Source of the DNA: Patescibacteria group bacterium
GTDB taxonomy: Bacteria; Patescibacteriota; Patescibacteriia; XYB2-FULL-38-15
Assembly: GCA_041737355.1 (NCBI GenBank)
Contig: JBGSRW010000009.1
Location: 5,323 to 69,322, forward strand
Length of the DNA: 64,000 nucleotides
Direction of reading: 5' to 3'
Shown here: in pieces, positions 28,690 through 38,026 of the stretch
Layout of the letters: the number at the start of each line of letters is the position of its first letter
Position numbering within the stretch: the first letter of the stretch is position 1
Position numbers and translations under genes: made by a program
Notes under the pieces: generated by a model
Told to the model about the DNA's origin: nothing
Database searches by the model: none
The model's input: the letters and a program-made list of their open reading frames with translations, nothing else

Positions 28690-29947
28690 ATTGAATTTAA
28701 ATTTTTTGAAGACACCGATAAATATTGCCGTTGCCTCCCTTTGGCGTCACAAAATGAGAGCGATTTTGACAATTCTCGGCATTGCGGTCGGCATTATGGC
28801 CGTTATTGTCGTTCTCTCCGCCGGAAGAGCGATCGAGGATTTTATCGTCGGCCAGATTACAATGTTTGGTACCGATTATGTCGTTGTGGAAATCAAGGTT
28901 CCGGCGACTGAACACGCTTCCGCGGAAAATGCGACAAGCATGGCCCAGGGAGTGCAGGTTACCACCTTGAAAGAGTCTGACGCGGAAGAGTTAAAAAAAA
29001 TTTCTAACGTAAAAAATGTTTATTCCGCGCAGATGGGCCAGGCCATTTTTTCCTATAAAGAGCAGAATAAAATAGGCATGATTTTCGGCGTCACAGCCTC
29101 TTTTGACGAAATTGATCCCGGTGAAATAGCCGAGGGCCGTTTTTTTAATGATGGTGAAGACAAGGGTTTGGCTAAAGTGGTGGTACTCGGCAGTAAGATT
29201 AAAGAGAAGCTTTTTGGGCGGGAAGACGCCGTCGGAAAAAGAGTAAGGATAAAAAAACAAAATTATAAAGTTGTCGGGGTGATGAAGGAGCGGGGCGGAG
29301 CTAGCGTTTTTTCCATGGACGACATGGCTTATCTCCCCCTGCGTACTCTTCAGAAATTAATTTTAGGCATCGACTATATTCAGATGGTTTACGCTCAACT
29401 GGAAGATCCGTCGCTTTCCGCCGTGACAGCCGACGATTTGGCAATGCGCATGAGAGAGCTGCACGATATAGACGATCCTAAAAAAGAGGATTTTTCCGTT
29501 ACTGCCGCCGAGGAAGGCATGGCAATGCTTGGAACGATCACGGGAGCCATTAAGCTTTTGCTCTTTGCTCTCGCCTCCATTTCTTTGGTTGTCGGCGGTG
29601 TCGGTATTATGAATGTTATGTATGTTGCCGTAGCCGAGAGAACCTTTGAGATCGGTCTTAGAAAAGCCATTGGAGCGAAACGCCGTGATATTTTGAGCCA
29701 ATTTTTGGCGGAGGCGATAGCGATTACTTTTTTGGGCGGCGTCGCGGGAATATTTATCGGTACGGGGCTGTCTTACGCCATAAGCCGGATAGCTAATTCC
29801 TTGGGTTATGCATGGAAATTTTATCTCTCACCCCAATATATCCTTTTGGCGGTAGGTGTTTCGGTTATGGTAGGTTTGATTGCCGGTCTTTATCCGGCCA
29901 GGGCGGCGGCTCGCCTGGAGCCGATGGTAGCTCTCCGTAAAGAATAA
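28682..29947 (+). CDS. MacB/FtsX-type ABC permease (paralog)
   Basis: SLVVGGVGIMNVMYVAVAERTFEIGLRKAIGA; PMVALRKE. Confidence 0.93.
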   Translation: MSRLNLNFLKTPINIAVASLWRHKMRAILTILGIAVGIMAVIVVLSAGRAIEDFIVGQITMFGTDYVVVEIKVPATEHASAENATSMAQGVQVTTLKESDAEELKKISNVKNVYSAQMGQAIFSYKEQNKIGMIFGVTASFDEIDPGEIAEGRFFNDGEDKGLAKVVVLGSKIKEKLFGREDAVGKRVRIKKQNYKVVGVMKERGGASVFSMDDMAYLPLRTLQKLILGIDYIQMVYAQLEDPSLSAVTADDLAMRMRELHDIDDPKKEDFSVTAAEEGMAMLGTITGAIKLLLFALASISLVVGGVGIMNVMYVAVAERTFEIGLRKAIGAKRRDILSQFLAEAIAITFLGGVAGIFIGTGLSYAISRIANSLGYAWKFYLSPQYILLAVGVSVMVGLIAGLYPARAAARLEPMVALRKE

Positions 29948-29949
29948 AT

Positions 29950-30417
29950 ATGCTCAATATCGTTATTTTGGCGGTAGGAAAAATTAAAGAAAAATATTTT
30001 GCCGAGGCGGCTGCCGAATATTTTAAAAGGCTTCGCCCTTACGCTAAAATTATTGTTGAAGAAGCGGCGGCGGAGTCGTTCCGCAAAGAATCGGACAGAG
30101 AGAAAGCCAAAAGGGAAGAGGGACTGAGGCTGGCAAAAGCTTTGGAAAAATATTTGGAGAGTGAGATTATTATTCTTGATGAGCGCGGCAAGCAATTTTC
30201 TTCCCCCGCTTTTTCCGGTTTTTTAAATAATGAAAAGCGGAGAATAGTATTTGTTATAGGGGGAGCTCTCGGTTTATCTCCGGAAATTTTGGCCAAACCG
30301 TATCGCAAAATTTCCTTGTCGGAGATGACTTTACCGCACGAAATGGCGAGAGTGTTTTTGCTTGAACAAATTTATCGGGCCGCGACAATCGCGGCCGGAA
30401 AAACGTATCATTATTGA
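29950..30417 (+). CDS. rlmH: 23S rRNA pseudouridine-1915 N3-methyltransferase
   Basis: AVGKIKE, LDERGK, FVIGGALG and SLSEMTLPHEMARVFLLEQIYRA..YH motifs. Confidence 0.95.
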   Translation: MLNIVILAVGKIKEKYFAEAAAEYFKRLRPYAKIIVEEAAAESFRKESDREKAKREEGLRLAKALEKYLESEIIILDERGKQFSSPAFSGFLNNEKRRIVFVIGGALGLSPEILAKPYRKISLSEMTLPHEMARVFLLEQIYRAATIAAGKTYHY

Positions 30418-30420
30418 TCT

Positions 30421-31191
30421 ATGGATTTTTTCCAGGCGATTATTTTAGGAATTATCGAAGGCGTAACGGAATTTTTACCGGTTTCTTCAACCGGGCACTT
30501 AATTTTGGCTTCGGATTTGTTGCGTTTACCGGGAACGGAATTTTTGAAAAGTTTTGAAATAGCGATCCAGCTTGGCGCTATCTTGGCGGTCGTTGTCCTC
30601 TATTGGAAATCGTTTTTTTTGGAGTTGGGAGTTTTAAAAAAGGTTATCGTCGCTTTTCTCCCAACCGCCCTTTTAGGTCTTATCTTCTACAAATTAATAA
30701 AGCAATTTCTGCTCGGCAACAGGGATGTCGTTTTGTGGTCGCTTTTTATCGGCGGAATTATTTTGATTATTTTTGAAATTTTTTATAAAGAAAAACCGGG
30801 CGCGGTTGAGGAGTTTTCGGAAATTTCTTACGGGAAGGCCCTGGCGATCGGTTTTTTCCAGTCGGTCGCCATGGTTCCGGGAATTTCAAGGGCGGCAGCC
30901 ACGATCATCGGCGGTCTGGCGCTTGGGCTAAAAAGAAAAACCATAGTTGAATTTTCTTTTATTCTGGCAGTGCCGACCATGGCCGCGGCGACCGGGCTCG
31001 ATCTCGTAAAAAGCGCCGGGGCTTTTTCCGCGGATCAATTCTGGCTGTTGTTGGCTGGGTTTGCCTTCGCGTTTTTTACCGCCATTCTCGCAATAAAATT
31101 TTTACTTTATTTTATAAAAAATAACTCTTTTATTTTTTTTGGCGTCTATCGGATTATTTTGGCCGCTGCCTTCTGGTTTTTGGTTCGTTAA
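30421..31191 (+). CDS. uppP: Undecaprenyl-diphosphate phosphatase (BacA)
   Basis: EGVTEFLPVSSTGHL and PGISRAAATI motifs. Confidence 0.95.
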   Translation: MDFFQAIILGIIEGVTEFLPVSSTGHLILASDLLRLPGTEFLKSFEIAIQLGAILAVVVLYWKSFFLELGVLKKVIVAFLPTALLGLIFYKLIKQFLLGNRDVVLWSLFIGGIILIIFEIFYKEKPGAVEEFSEISYGKALAIGFFQSVAMVPGISRAAATIIGGLALGLKRKTIVEFSFILAVPTMAAATGLDLVKSAGAFSADQFWLLLAGFAFAFFTAILAIKFLLYFIKNNSFIFFGVYRIILAAAFWFLVR

Positions 31192-31214
31192 AGCCGGCCG
31201 GACGTTGTTAAAAT

Positions 31215-32372
31215 ATGCGCATTGGTTTTTTTACCGACTACGCTTATCCCGGCGGTTTCGGAGTGGAAACCGTCATCAGAACTTTTAAGAATTGCCTCGA
31301 AAAAATGGGGCACGAGGTTTTTATTTATGCCCCGGACGACAAGGAAATAAAAAAAGACGAGAAGAACATTTTTCGATTCAAGTCGTTAAAAATCCAAAAG
31401 AACCCGAAAATATTTTTGAGTTTTTCCCGCCTCCCGAAGAATAGAAGTTTTAAGGAGATAATCGATTTTAAATTAGATATTGCCCACGCTCATTCCATTT
31501 TTGCCATGGGGGAGTTGGCCCAAAAGATTTCCAAAGCCCAAAAAATTCCCCTTATATGCACGCACCACACCGATTACCCGGCTTGGATTAAGGATAACCT
31601 GAAAGAAAAATTTATTTTGCCGCGCCTGGTTTTGAACAAGGTAAGAAATTTTTCCAACCAGGCCGATGCCGTTATCGCTCCGTCTTCCAAAATTAAGGTT
31701 TCGATGGAAAAATTCCGTGTCACAAAACCGATTTATGTTTTGTCCAACTGCGTTGACCTTGGCCTTTTTTATAAAGATAAATCCGGTTCCGATAAATTAA
31801 GAAAAAAATACGGAATTTCCCCCGGAGCCAAGGTTCTTATTTTTGTCGGCCGCCTTTCCAAGGAAAAAAATATTCTCTTCCTGCTCGAAGCGATGGGAGA
31901 AATTTTGAAATCGAGAAAAGATACGGTTTTGCTTTTGGTCGGCGAGGGATACCAGCGGGAGGAGCTAACCGGGAAAGCGAGGGAGCTCGGTCTCGGAGAA
32001 AATGTAAAATTTATCGGTTTTATTCCGCACGCGAAAATCGCCCCTTTTTACAATATGTCCGATCTTTTCGTTATGTCTTCTTTGAGCGAAATTATGCCGC
32101 TCGTTATTCTCGAGGCCGAGGCTTGCGGGTTACCAATCGTAGTCTTGGACGATTTGGCATTTCGTGATACAGTATTTGAAGGGGAAAACGGTTTTGTGGT
32201 AAAGGAAAATTCTCCGGTTGTTTTTGCTAAAAGAGTCGAGGAACTCCTGAAAAACGAGGCGTTTTACGGGAAGTTTTCCTCCCGGGCGGAAGAGATTGCC
32301 CGGGGGTTTTCCGAGGAAGCGCAAACCAAAAAATTGCTGGAAATATACGCGAAATTTTTGGGAAGAAAATAA
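31215..32372 (+). CDS. GT4 glycosyltransferase (diacylglycerol glucosyltransferase-like)
   Basis: MRIGFFTD, THHTDY, FVGRLSKEKN and SLSE..PLVILEAEACGLP motifs. Confidence 0.88.
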   Translation: MRIGFFTDYAYPGGFGVETVIRTFKNCLEKMGHEVFIYAPDDKEIKKDEKNIFRFKSLKIQKNPKIFLSFSRLPKNRSFKEIIDFKLDIAHAHSIFAMGELAQKISKAQKIPLICTHHTDYPAWIKDNLKEKFILPRLVLNKVRNFSNQADAVIAPSSKIKVSMEKFRVTKPIYVLSNCVDLGLFYKDKSGSDKLRKKYGISPGAKVLIFVGRLSKEKNILFLLEAMGEILKSRKDTVLLLVGEGYQREELTGKARELGLGENVKFIGFIPHAKIAPFYNMSDLFVMSSLSEIMPLVILEAEACGLPIVVLDDLAFRDTVFEGENGFVVKENSPVVFAKRVEELLKNEAFYGKFSSRAEEIARGFSEEAQTKKLLEIYAKFLGRK

Positions 32373-32374
32373 TT

Positions 32375-33109
32375 ATGAAAGTTTCAATTATTGTCCCCGC
32401 CTATAACGAGGAAAAATTGCTGCCACGCTGTTTGAAATCAATTCTGTCGGCCAAGCTGCCGGAGGATTTTGAAGTTATCGTAATAAATAACGCCTCTACC
32501 GACAAGACCGGAGAGATTGCAAGAAGTTTTTCCGGGATCAGGGTGGTTGACGAGCCGAACAAGGGTCTGACCAAAGCCAGGCAGGCCGGTTTTCGGGCTG
32601 CCTCGGGAGATATTCTTGTTTATTTTGACGCCGATACAATCGTCCCGAATCACTGGTTTAAGCTGGCTTTGGAAAAATTCAAGGCCAACCCAAGGCTTGT
32701 CGGCGTTTCCGGGCCATACCATTATGAAGCAATTTCTCCTTTCGCGCGCGCTCTCGAATGGACATACAACTGCGTTATCATGCAAGCCGGGGAATTTGTT
32801 TGGAAATATATTTTGCGTCAGGGAGGCATAATGCTTGTCGGGGGAAATTTTGCCGTGAAAAGGGAGGCCCTCCATTCAATCGGAGGTTTCGACACGGAGC
32901 TGGAATTTTTCGGCGAGGATACGAATCTGACGAGAAGGGTCGCCAAAGTCGGAAATATAGATTTTACCAATCAGCTTTATGTTTATACTTCTCCCCGCCG
33001 TTTTCAGCAGGAAGGGGGAGTGAGACTGGCTACGAAGTACGTTCTTAATTTTTTCGGGGAATGGATTTTTAAAAAACCGGTCAGCAAAACTTACCAAGAC
33101 TTCAGATAG
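32375..33109 (+). CDS. GT2 family glycosyltransferase
   Basis: IVPAYNEE, NNASTDKT, FDAD and GEDT motifs. Confidence 0.9.
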   Translation: MKVSIIVPAYNEEKLLPRCLKSILSAKLPEDFEVIVINNASTDKTGEIARSFSGIRVVDEPNKGLTKARQAGFRAASGDILVYFDADTIVPNHWFKLALEKFKANPRLVGVSGPYHYEAISPFARALEWTYNCVIMQAGEFVWKYILRQGGIMLVGGNFAVKREALHSIGGFDTELEFFGEDTNLTRRVAKVGNIDFTNQLYVYTSPRRFQQEGGVRLATKYVLNFFGEWIFKKPVSKTYQDFR

Positions 33110-33117
33110 CGAGGAAA

Positions 33118-34479
33118 ATGAAAACCAAGAAAAAAAACAGCAATCACCAAAAAGCCTGGGTTGTTGCCGTGGACATGGGTTACGGTCATCAGCGGGCTGC
33201 TTTTCCGTTGAAAAAATTGGCTTACGGAGGAAAGATTATCAACGCCAGCAACTATCCGGGAATGCCGAAGAGTGACCGTAGAATATGGCAGGAGAGCAAA
33301 AAATTCTACGAATTCATTTCCCGTTTTCAGCGCATACCGGTAGTCGGGAGAAAAGCTTTCGATATTTTCGACAAATTGCAGGCAATTTTGCCTTTCTATC
33401 CGAAGCGCGATTTGTCCAAGCCGAATCTCCAGTTGAGGGAGGTGGATCATTTAATCAGAAAAAACGGCTGGGGAAAACAATTGATAAGTAAGTTTGAGAA
33501 GAATCCGTTGCCGCTCGTTACGACTTTTCCTATCCCCGCCATGATGGCCGAAATCTGGGATTACAGCGGAGAAATTTATTGCGTTATCTGTGACGCCGAT
33601 ATTTCAAGAACTTGGGTTCCGCCGGATCCGGCCAAGAGCAGAATAAAATATTTTGCCTCGAATTACCGGGTGGTTGAAAGACTGAAACTTTACGGCGTCA
33701 AAACGGAAAATATTTTTTTGACCGGTTTTCCGCTGCCGCCGGAACTTACAGGAGGAAGATTTTTAGAGGTATTGAGAAGCGATTTGGGATACCGGCTGTT
33801 GAATCTCGATCCGATGAAAAAATACATTCCTTCGTACCGCTCAACGATTATTGAAAAACTCGGAGCCCACAAATGCTGTCCGAAAAAACCGAATCATCCG
33901 CTGACCCTGATGTTCGCGGTTGGCGGGGCCGGAGCGCAGCGGGATTTGGGTATGGATATTATCAGAAGTTTGTCCAAAAAAATCAGGTCAAATCAGATCA
34001 GGGTAATTTTGGTGGCCGGCATCCGCAATGAAGTAAACCGGTATTTCAGAAAAAATATAAGGAAAATGGGCCTGGGGAAATATCTGGATAAAAATATCAA
34101 GACTATTTTTTCCGCCGGCCGCGAAGAATATTTCAGAAAATTTAACCGGGCTCTCCGGACAGTCGATATTTTATGGACAAAGCCAAGCGAGCTTTCTTTC
34201 TATACGGCGCTCGGCTTGCCGATTATTATCGCTCCGCCGGTCGGTTCGCAGGAAGATTTTAACCAAAAATGGCTTATGACGATCGGTTCCGGCCTTCCGC
34301 AGGAGGATGCCAAATATACCGGAGAATGGCTTTTTGACTGGCTTGAGTCGGGCTGGTTTGCCGAGGCGGCGATGCAAGGGTTTATGGAGGGCGGAAAGTA
34401 CGGAGTTTATAATATAGAAAAAATAATTAAACACAAGCTTGGAGAAGTAAAAAGGGTAAAAACAGTGCTCCAGTATTAA
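33118..34479 (+). CDS. Putative GT-B fold glycosyltransferase (MGDG-synthase-like)
   Basis: MGYGHQRAA, TGFPL, DILWTKPSE and PVGSQE..N motifs. Confidence 0.65.
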   Translation: MKTKKKNSNHQKAWVVAVDMGYGHQRAAFPLKKLAYGGKIINASNYPGMPKSDRRIWQESKKFYEFISRFQRIPVVGRKAFDIFDKLQAILPFYPKRDLSKPNLQLREVDHLIRKNGWGKQLISKFEKNPLPLVTTFPIPAMMAEIWDYSGEIYCVICDADISRTWVPPDPAKSRIKYFASNYRVVERLKLYGVKTENIFLTGFPLPPELTGGRFLEVLRSDLGYRLLNLDPMKKYIPSYRSTIIEKLGAHKCCPKKPNHPLTLMFAVGGAGAQRDLGMDIIRSLSKKIRSNQIRVILVAGIRNEVNRYFRKNIRKMGLGKYLDKNIKTIFSAGREEYFRKFNRALRTVDILWTKPSELSFYTALGLPIIIAPPVGSQEDFNQKWLMTIGSGLPQEDAKYTGEWLFDWLESGWFAEAAMQGFMEGGKYGVYNIEKIIKHKLGEVKRVKTVLQY

Positions 34480-34481
34480 TC

Positions 34482-35477
34482 ATGAATTTTTGGCTAAAAA
34501 AAATCTTAATAGGGTTGGCCGTTTTTGTCGCAGCGGTTGTTTTGTTTTTGGCCGCTCTTTGGCTGCCGTTTTTCAATAAAAAAAAGCCGATGGAATTCGG
34601 GGCAAGCTTCAGTCGGCCGTACGCCGAGTCCCTGGGTCTCGATTGGCAGGCGGCCTACTTGGCGATCCTCGACGATCTCGGCGCAAAATACCTCCGGCTC
34701 GGGTCGGAATGGGATAAAATTGAAGAGAGCGAAGGGAATTACGATTTTTCCGCCCTAGACTGGCAGTTGGCCGAAGCGGAGAAAAGGGGAGTCAAGGTTT
34801 TGCTTGTAGTTGGGAACCGCCAGCCGCGCTGGCCCGAATGCCATACTCCGGCTTGGCTTTCCGATTCCCTTGATGTGGAAATAAAGGAAAGAACGCTTGA
34901 ATTTATAAAAGTCGTGGTCGAAAGATACAAAAATTCTCCGGCCGTGGAAATGTGGCAGGTGGAAAACGAGCCTCTGCTTAATATTTTCGGCAAATGCCCC
35001 AAGGGTGACGTTAGTTTTTTGAAAGAAGAGATAGCGCTGGTAAAAACTCTCGATAGCCGGCCGGTTATGATTACCGACAGTGGAGAGCTTTCTACCTGGA
35101 GCCAGACGGCCCATCTCGGCGATTTTTTCGGCACCTCGGTTTACCGGGTAGTCCATAATCCCTACACCGGATATTTTTATCATTTTTGGGCTCCGGCCTC
35201 TTATCGCCTCAAGGCGAAGCTCGTTGGCCTCTCTCTCGATAAAGCGATAATCTCCGAACTTCAGGCCGAACCCTGGCTTAGCGACGGGGCCGAGTATTCA
35301 GCTCCGGAAGAACAGAAAAGAATGATGAGTCCGGAAAGAATAGAAAAGCAAATCGATTTCGCGACCCGGACCGGGTTTTCCCGCGCTTATGTTTGGGGAG
35401 TTGAATGGTGGTATTGGCTTAAAGAACAGGGCGACGATTCGGTCTGGCAGATTGGGAGAAAAATCTGGCATCCCTAG
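34482..35477 (+). CDS. Membrane-anchored clan GH-A glycoside hydrolase
   Basis: TM anchor, WDKIE..G.YDFSALDW, WQVENEP (acid/base), ISELQ (nucleophile). Confidence 0.8.
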   Translation: MNFWLKKILIGLAVFVAAVVLFLAALWLPFFNKKKPMEFGASFSRPYAESLGLDWQAAYLAILDDLGAKYLRLGSEWDKIEESEGNYDFSALDWQLAEAEKRGVKVLLVVGNRQPRWPECHTPAWLSDSLDVEIKERTLEFIKVVVERYKNSPAVEMWQVENEPLLNIFGKCPKGDVSFLKEEIALVKTLDSRPVMITDSGELSTWSQTAHLGDFFGTSVYRVVHNPYTGYFYHFWAPASYRLKAKLVGLSLDKAIISELQAEPWLSDGAEYSAPEEQKRMMSPERIEKQIDFATRTGFSRAYVWGVEWWYWLKEQGDDSVWQIGRKIWHP

Positions 35478-35554
35478 ATTTCCTTTACATTTAGCTTAAA
35501 TCGTGGTATACTCTATAAAGTTATACACAGCCTAATTTTTAACTATTTCAAACT

Positions 35555-35728
35555 ATGGCCAACGAACCAGTTGTAGCTTATTGCGTAAAATGCAAGGCAA
35601 AAAAGGACATGAAGGACCCCCAGGAAGTGGAAATGAAGGGAAAGGGCGGCGTAGCGCGTCGTGCTATGAAAGGCACATGCCCGGTTTGCGGAACAGGTAT
35701 GTACAGAATTTTGGGCAAAAAGGACTAA
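35555..35728 (+). CDS. Small zinc-ribbon protein (DUF5679-like), 57 aa
   Basis: AYCVKCK..KGTCPVCGTGMYRILG; TATACT promoter upstream and terminator downstream; below the ORF-track cutoff. Confidence 0.85.
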   Translation: MANEPVVAYCVKCKAKKDMKDPQEVEMKGKGGVARRAMKGTCPVCGTGMYRILGKKD

Positions 35729-35834
35729 TTTGGCTTAGAATAAAGGAAAAAACGCTGAAAATTTCAAATCTTCAGCGTTTTTTAATCTTTAAGATGTACA
35801 ATAGATCCGAAGCTTATAAGTAAAATAAAAATAT

Positions 35835-36284
35835 ATGAAAGTCGGAGAGATAATGCAAAAGGATGTGGTTTCCGTGCCAAAAGGCACGCCTTTCCGCGAG
35901 GTAGCCAAGATTCTAATTGAGAAAAAGGTGAGTGGCGCCCCGGTTATTGATGAAACAGGGAAAATTATTGGGGTGGTTTCGGAAAAAGATCTTTTCCGGG
36001 CGGTATATCCCTCTTATGAGGATTTTTACAAGTCGCCCGAGTCGTATCTTGATTTCGAGGAATTGGAAGCCGAGGCCAAGACGGCCAACCATAAAAAGGT
36101 GGAAGATTTTATGTCCACGAGGCTGATTACCGCTGATCCTGAAACCCCGGTTTTGAAAATCGGCGCATTAATGGTAGCAACCGGTATTCACCGGGTGCCG
36201 GTAGTTCAAAATGGAAAAATAGTCGGCATGGTCGGCCGGGGGGATATTTATCGGGTAATTTTGAAGGAAAGGTTTGATCTTTAG
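35835..36284 (+). CDS. CBS-domain protein
   Basis: Two CBS repeats (SGAPVID..GVVSEKDL; HRVPVV..GMVGRGDI). Confidence 0.92.
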   Translation: MKVGEIMQKDVVSVPKGTPFREVAKILIEKKVSGAPVIDETGKIIGVVSEKDLFRAVYPSYEDFYKSPESYLDFEELEAEAKTANHKKVEDFMSTRLITADPETPVLKIGALMVATGIHRVPVVQNGKIVGMVGRGDIYRVILKERFDL

Positions 36285-36335
36285 GGAAAAATACCTTTCT
36301 TAATCTTACTGTAATTTTTTCTTGGTATAGTTATG

Positions 36336-36457
36336 GGTGAGAGGCAATCTACTGCTAGAAGTCCAGCAAAAGGCAGGACTTGCAATATAAAATTTGCGCA
36401 AAAGTAGTGGATTGTCTCTCGCCAAAAACACGACACGATGAAGTGTCGCGTTTTTTG
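36336..36457 (+). ncRNA. Candidate small RNA (three-way junction plus terminator)
   Basis: 21-bp closing stem 36336-36356/36403-36423 with G-U pairs, two internal hairpins, TGGTATAGT promoter and terminator 36424-36457; no ORF. Confidence 0.5.
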
Positions 36458-36517
36458 TTAGAATATCTTGACAAAATATTAAAGCCATGATAAGCTGATT
36501 TGTCGTTCGTGGTTTTG

Positions 36518-36577
36518 TTTTGGCGGTTTTATAACCTTCAAAATAAGGCCAGGAATGGTCCTGCCTATGGATGGATG
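36518..36577 (+). repeat. 60-bp shared leader, copy 1
   Basis: Identical to 37147-37206; downstream of a TTGACA promoter (36468). Confidence 0.95.
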
Positions 36578-36607
36578 CCCGGTAACCTTTGGGTTGGAAA
36601 GGGAGAG

Positions 36608-36970
36608 ATGGAGAAGGCTACGGAGCTGGAACTTCCGAAGGAGATGACGGTCGGCGGCGTCACCTACGAGGTTGTCTCTTGCCTCAAGGAGGGCGAGGAG
36701 AGCGTCGACGGCGACGTGATGATGGAGCGGGCTTGGGAGATGAAGGCCAACCTCGGCCAGGATGACGGCGAGTTCATCCTCGCCCACCAGGACGAGATCC
36801 CGGTCGCCTTCCGCGACAAGATCGAGTTCGTCTTCCCTAACTGGCGGTCACGAAGGTTTCCCTCCGAGATCGTCATATGCGTCGAATGGGAGGGCGACCA
36901 CTGGGAGGAGAACCAAGGCTGGCTCGAAGACGACTGGTGCGACTTCGTTCGTCTCCTCCGCCGCAAGTAG
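36608..36970 (+). CDS. Hypothetical protein, DGR-target (C-type-lectin-like) C-terminus
   Basis: AAGGGAG SD; C-terminus VICVEWEGDHWEENQGWLEDDWCDFVRLLRRK rich in NNC codons; an in-frame upstream ATG at 36575 is an alternative start. Confidence 0.65.
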   Translation: MEKATELELPKEMTVGGVTYEVVSCLKEGEESVDGDVMMERAWEMKANLGQDDGEFILAHQDEIPVAFRDKIEFVFPNWRSRRFPSEIVICVEWEGDHWEENQGWLEDDWCDFVRLLRRK

Positions 36971-37033
36971 GAACCTTGGTCACTCGGTAACTCGGCCCTC
37001 TCGGGCCGGGTCTCCGGAACCTCGGATCCTCTG

Positions 37034-37088
37034 GACCCTTGTCTCAACTACGTCTAATAAGCGTGTGTTGAGGCGGGGGTCTTTTTTA
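37034..37088 (+). terminator. Rho-independent terminator
   Basis: gacccttgtctcaac/gttgaggcgggggtc stem plus TTTTTT. Confidence 0.75.
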
Positions 37089-37146
37089 TACGGGGTTGAC
37101 AAAAATTAAGAATCATGTTAATCTATTCGGTTGATTCCTGCCTTTA

Positions 37147-37206
37147 TTTTGGCGGTTTTATAACCTTCAAAATAAGGCCAGGAATGGTCCTGCCTATGGA
37201 TGGATG
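37147..37206 (+). repeat. 60-bp shared leader, copy 2
   Basis: Identical to 36518-36577; downstream of a TTGACA promoter (37096). Confidence 0.95.
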
Positions 37207-37839
37207 TTCGGACAAAGAAAGCTGGGAAAGATGACAAAGCCGTCGCTGGGACAGATTGCCGATCTCCACAATCAGATCGAAGCGGGTCGGGTCACTCGGG
37301 ATAATCTCCAATTTTTTCTGAGGAATCCTGAAGGGTCCGCCCTAATCTTCGGAGATTATCCGACCTTCAGTGTTACCGTCGATTACGACATCTCACTTGA
37401 GAAGATGGCAATGGCTACGGCCTTCGAAGATATCGCAGATGTCGTCGGCCTGGATCAGTTTGAGATGCGGGGGGAAGGTCGCGTCGATCGTGAACTCACC
37501 ATCTGTTCCATCTGCGAAAGCGTGACAACCAAGGTGTTGCTAGCAGAAATTGACAAGCATGGTTTCAGGCCAGCGAAAGTTGAGGATCTCCTGTCTTTTC
37601 TGGGTCAATTTCGTAGATTCCGGATGAAAACAGGAGGAACTCAGGGCGGAGCTTGGCTCGTCGCTCTCGGCTCGTACTGCTCGTGGGCGGCGGGGCATTG
37701 CATCGGATTTCCCAGTCTCCGCGAATGGAGATCCGATAAAGTAAAGCGGAGAAGCTTGTCGCTGGCGCAACCTCACTCGAAGAAGAATTTTTGGCTTCCA
37801 GAGCACTCTTTCTTGGTGGCCCGCAAGGACGCCGTATAG
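37204..37839 (+). CDS. Hypothetical protein, DGR-target (C-type-lectin-like) family
   Basis: GFRPAKVEDLLSF..LVALGS..FPSL..RSLSL..W....SFLVARK pattern; start either 37204 or 37231. Confidence 0.7.
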   Translation: MFGQRKLGKMTKPSLGQIADLHNQIEAGRVTRDNLQFFLRNPEGSALIFGDYPTFSVTVDYDISLEKMAMATAFEDIADVVGLDQFEMRGEGRVDRELTICSICESVTTKVLLAEIDKHGFRPAKVEDLLSFLGQFRRFRMKTGGTQGGAWLVALGSYCSWAAGHCIGFPSLREWRSDKVKRRSLSLAQPHSKKNFWLPEHSFLVARKDAV

Positions 37840-37901
37840 TTCGGACTTCATCCTGACGTTTTCGGCGTAAGCCGAGAACGTCGGGCGGGGACGGACTGCT
37901 T

Positions 37902-37951
37902 GACCCTTGAATTTTGTGCTTCGGCACGAGATTCGGGGTCTTTTTTTATTT
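37902..37951 (+). terminator. Rho-independent terminator
   Basis: gacccttgaattttgtgc-ttcg-gcacgagattcggggtc plus T-run. Confidence 0.8.
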
Positions 37952-38026
37952 CAAACAAATGCCGAAAATTATTTTTTGTGATACAATATATTAGAAATTA
38001 GGATTTATAAATTAGAAATTTTACCC

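Noticed and set aside
36518-37206. CRISPR or integron array
   Set aside because: Only two repeat copies separated by a whole gene; no cas or intI gene and no attC R-box pattern identified
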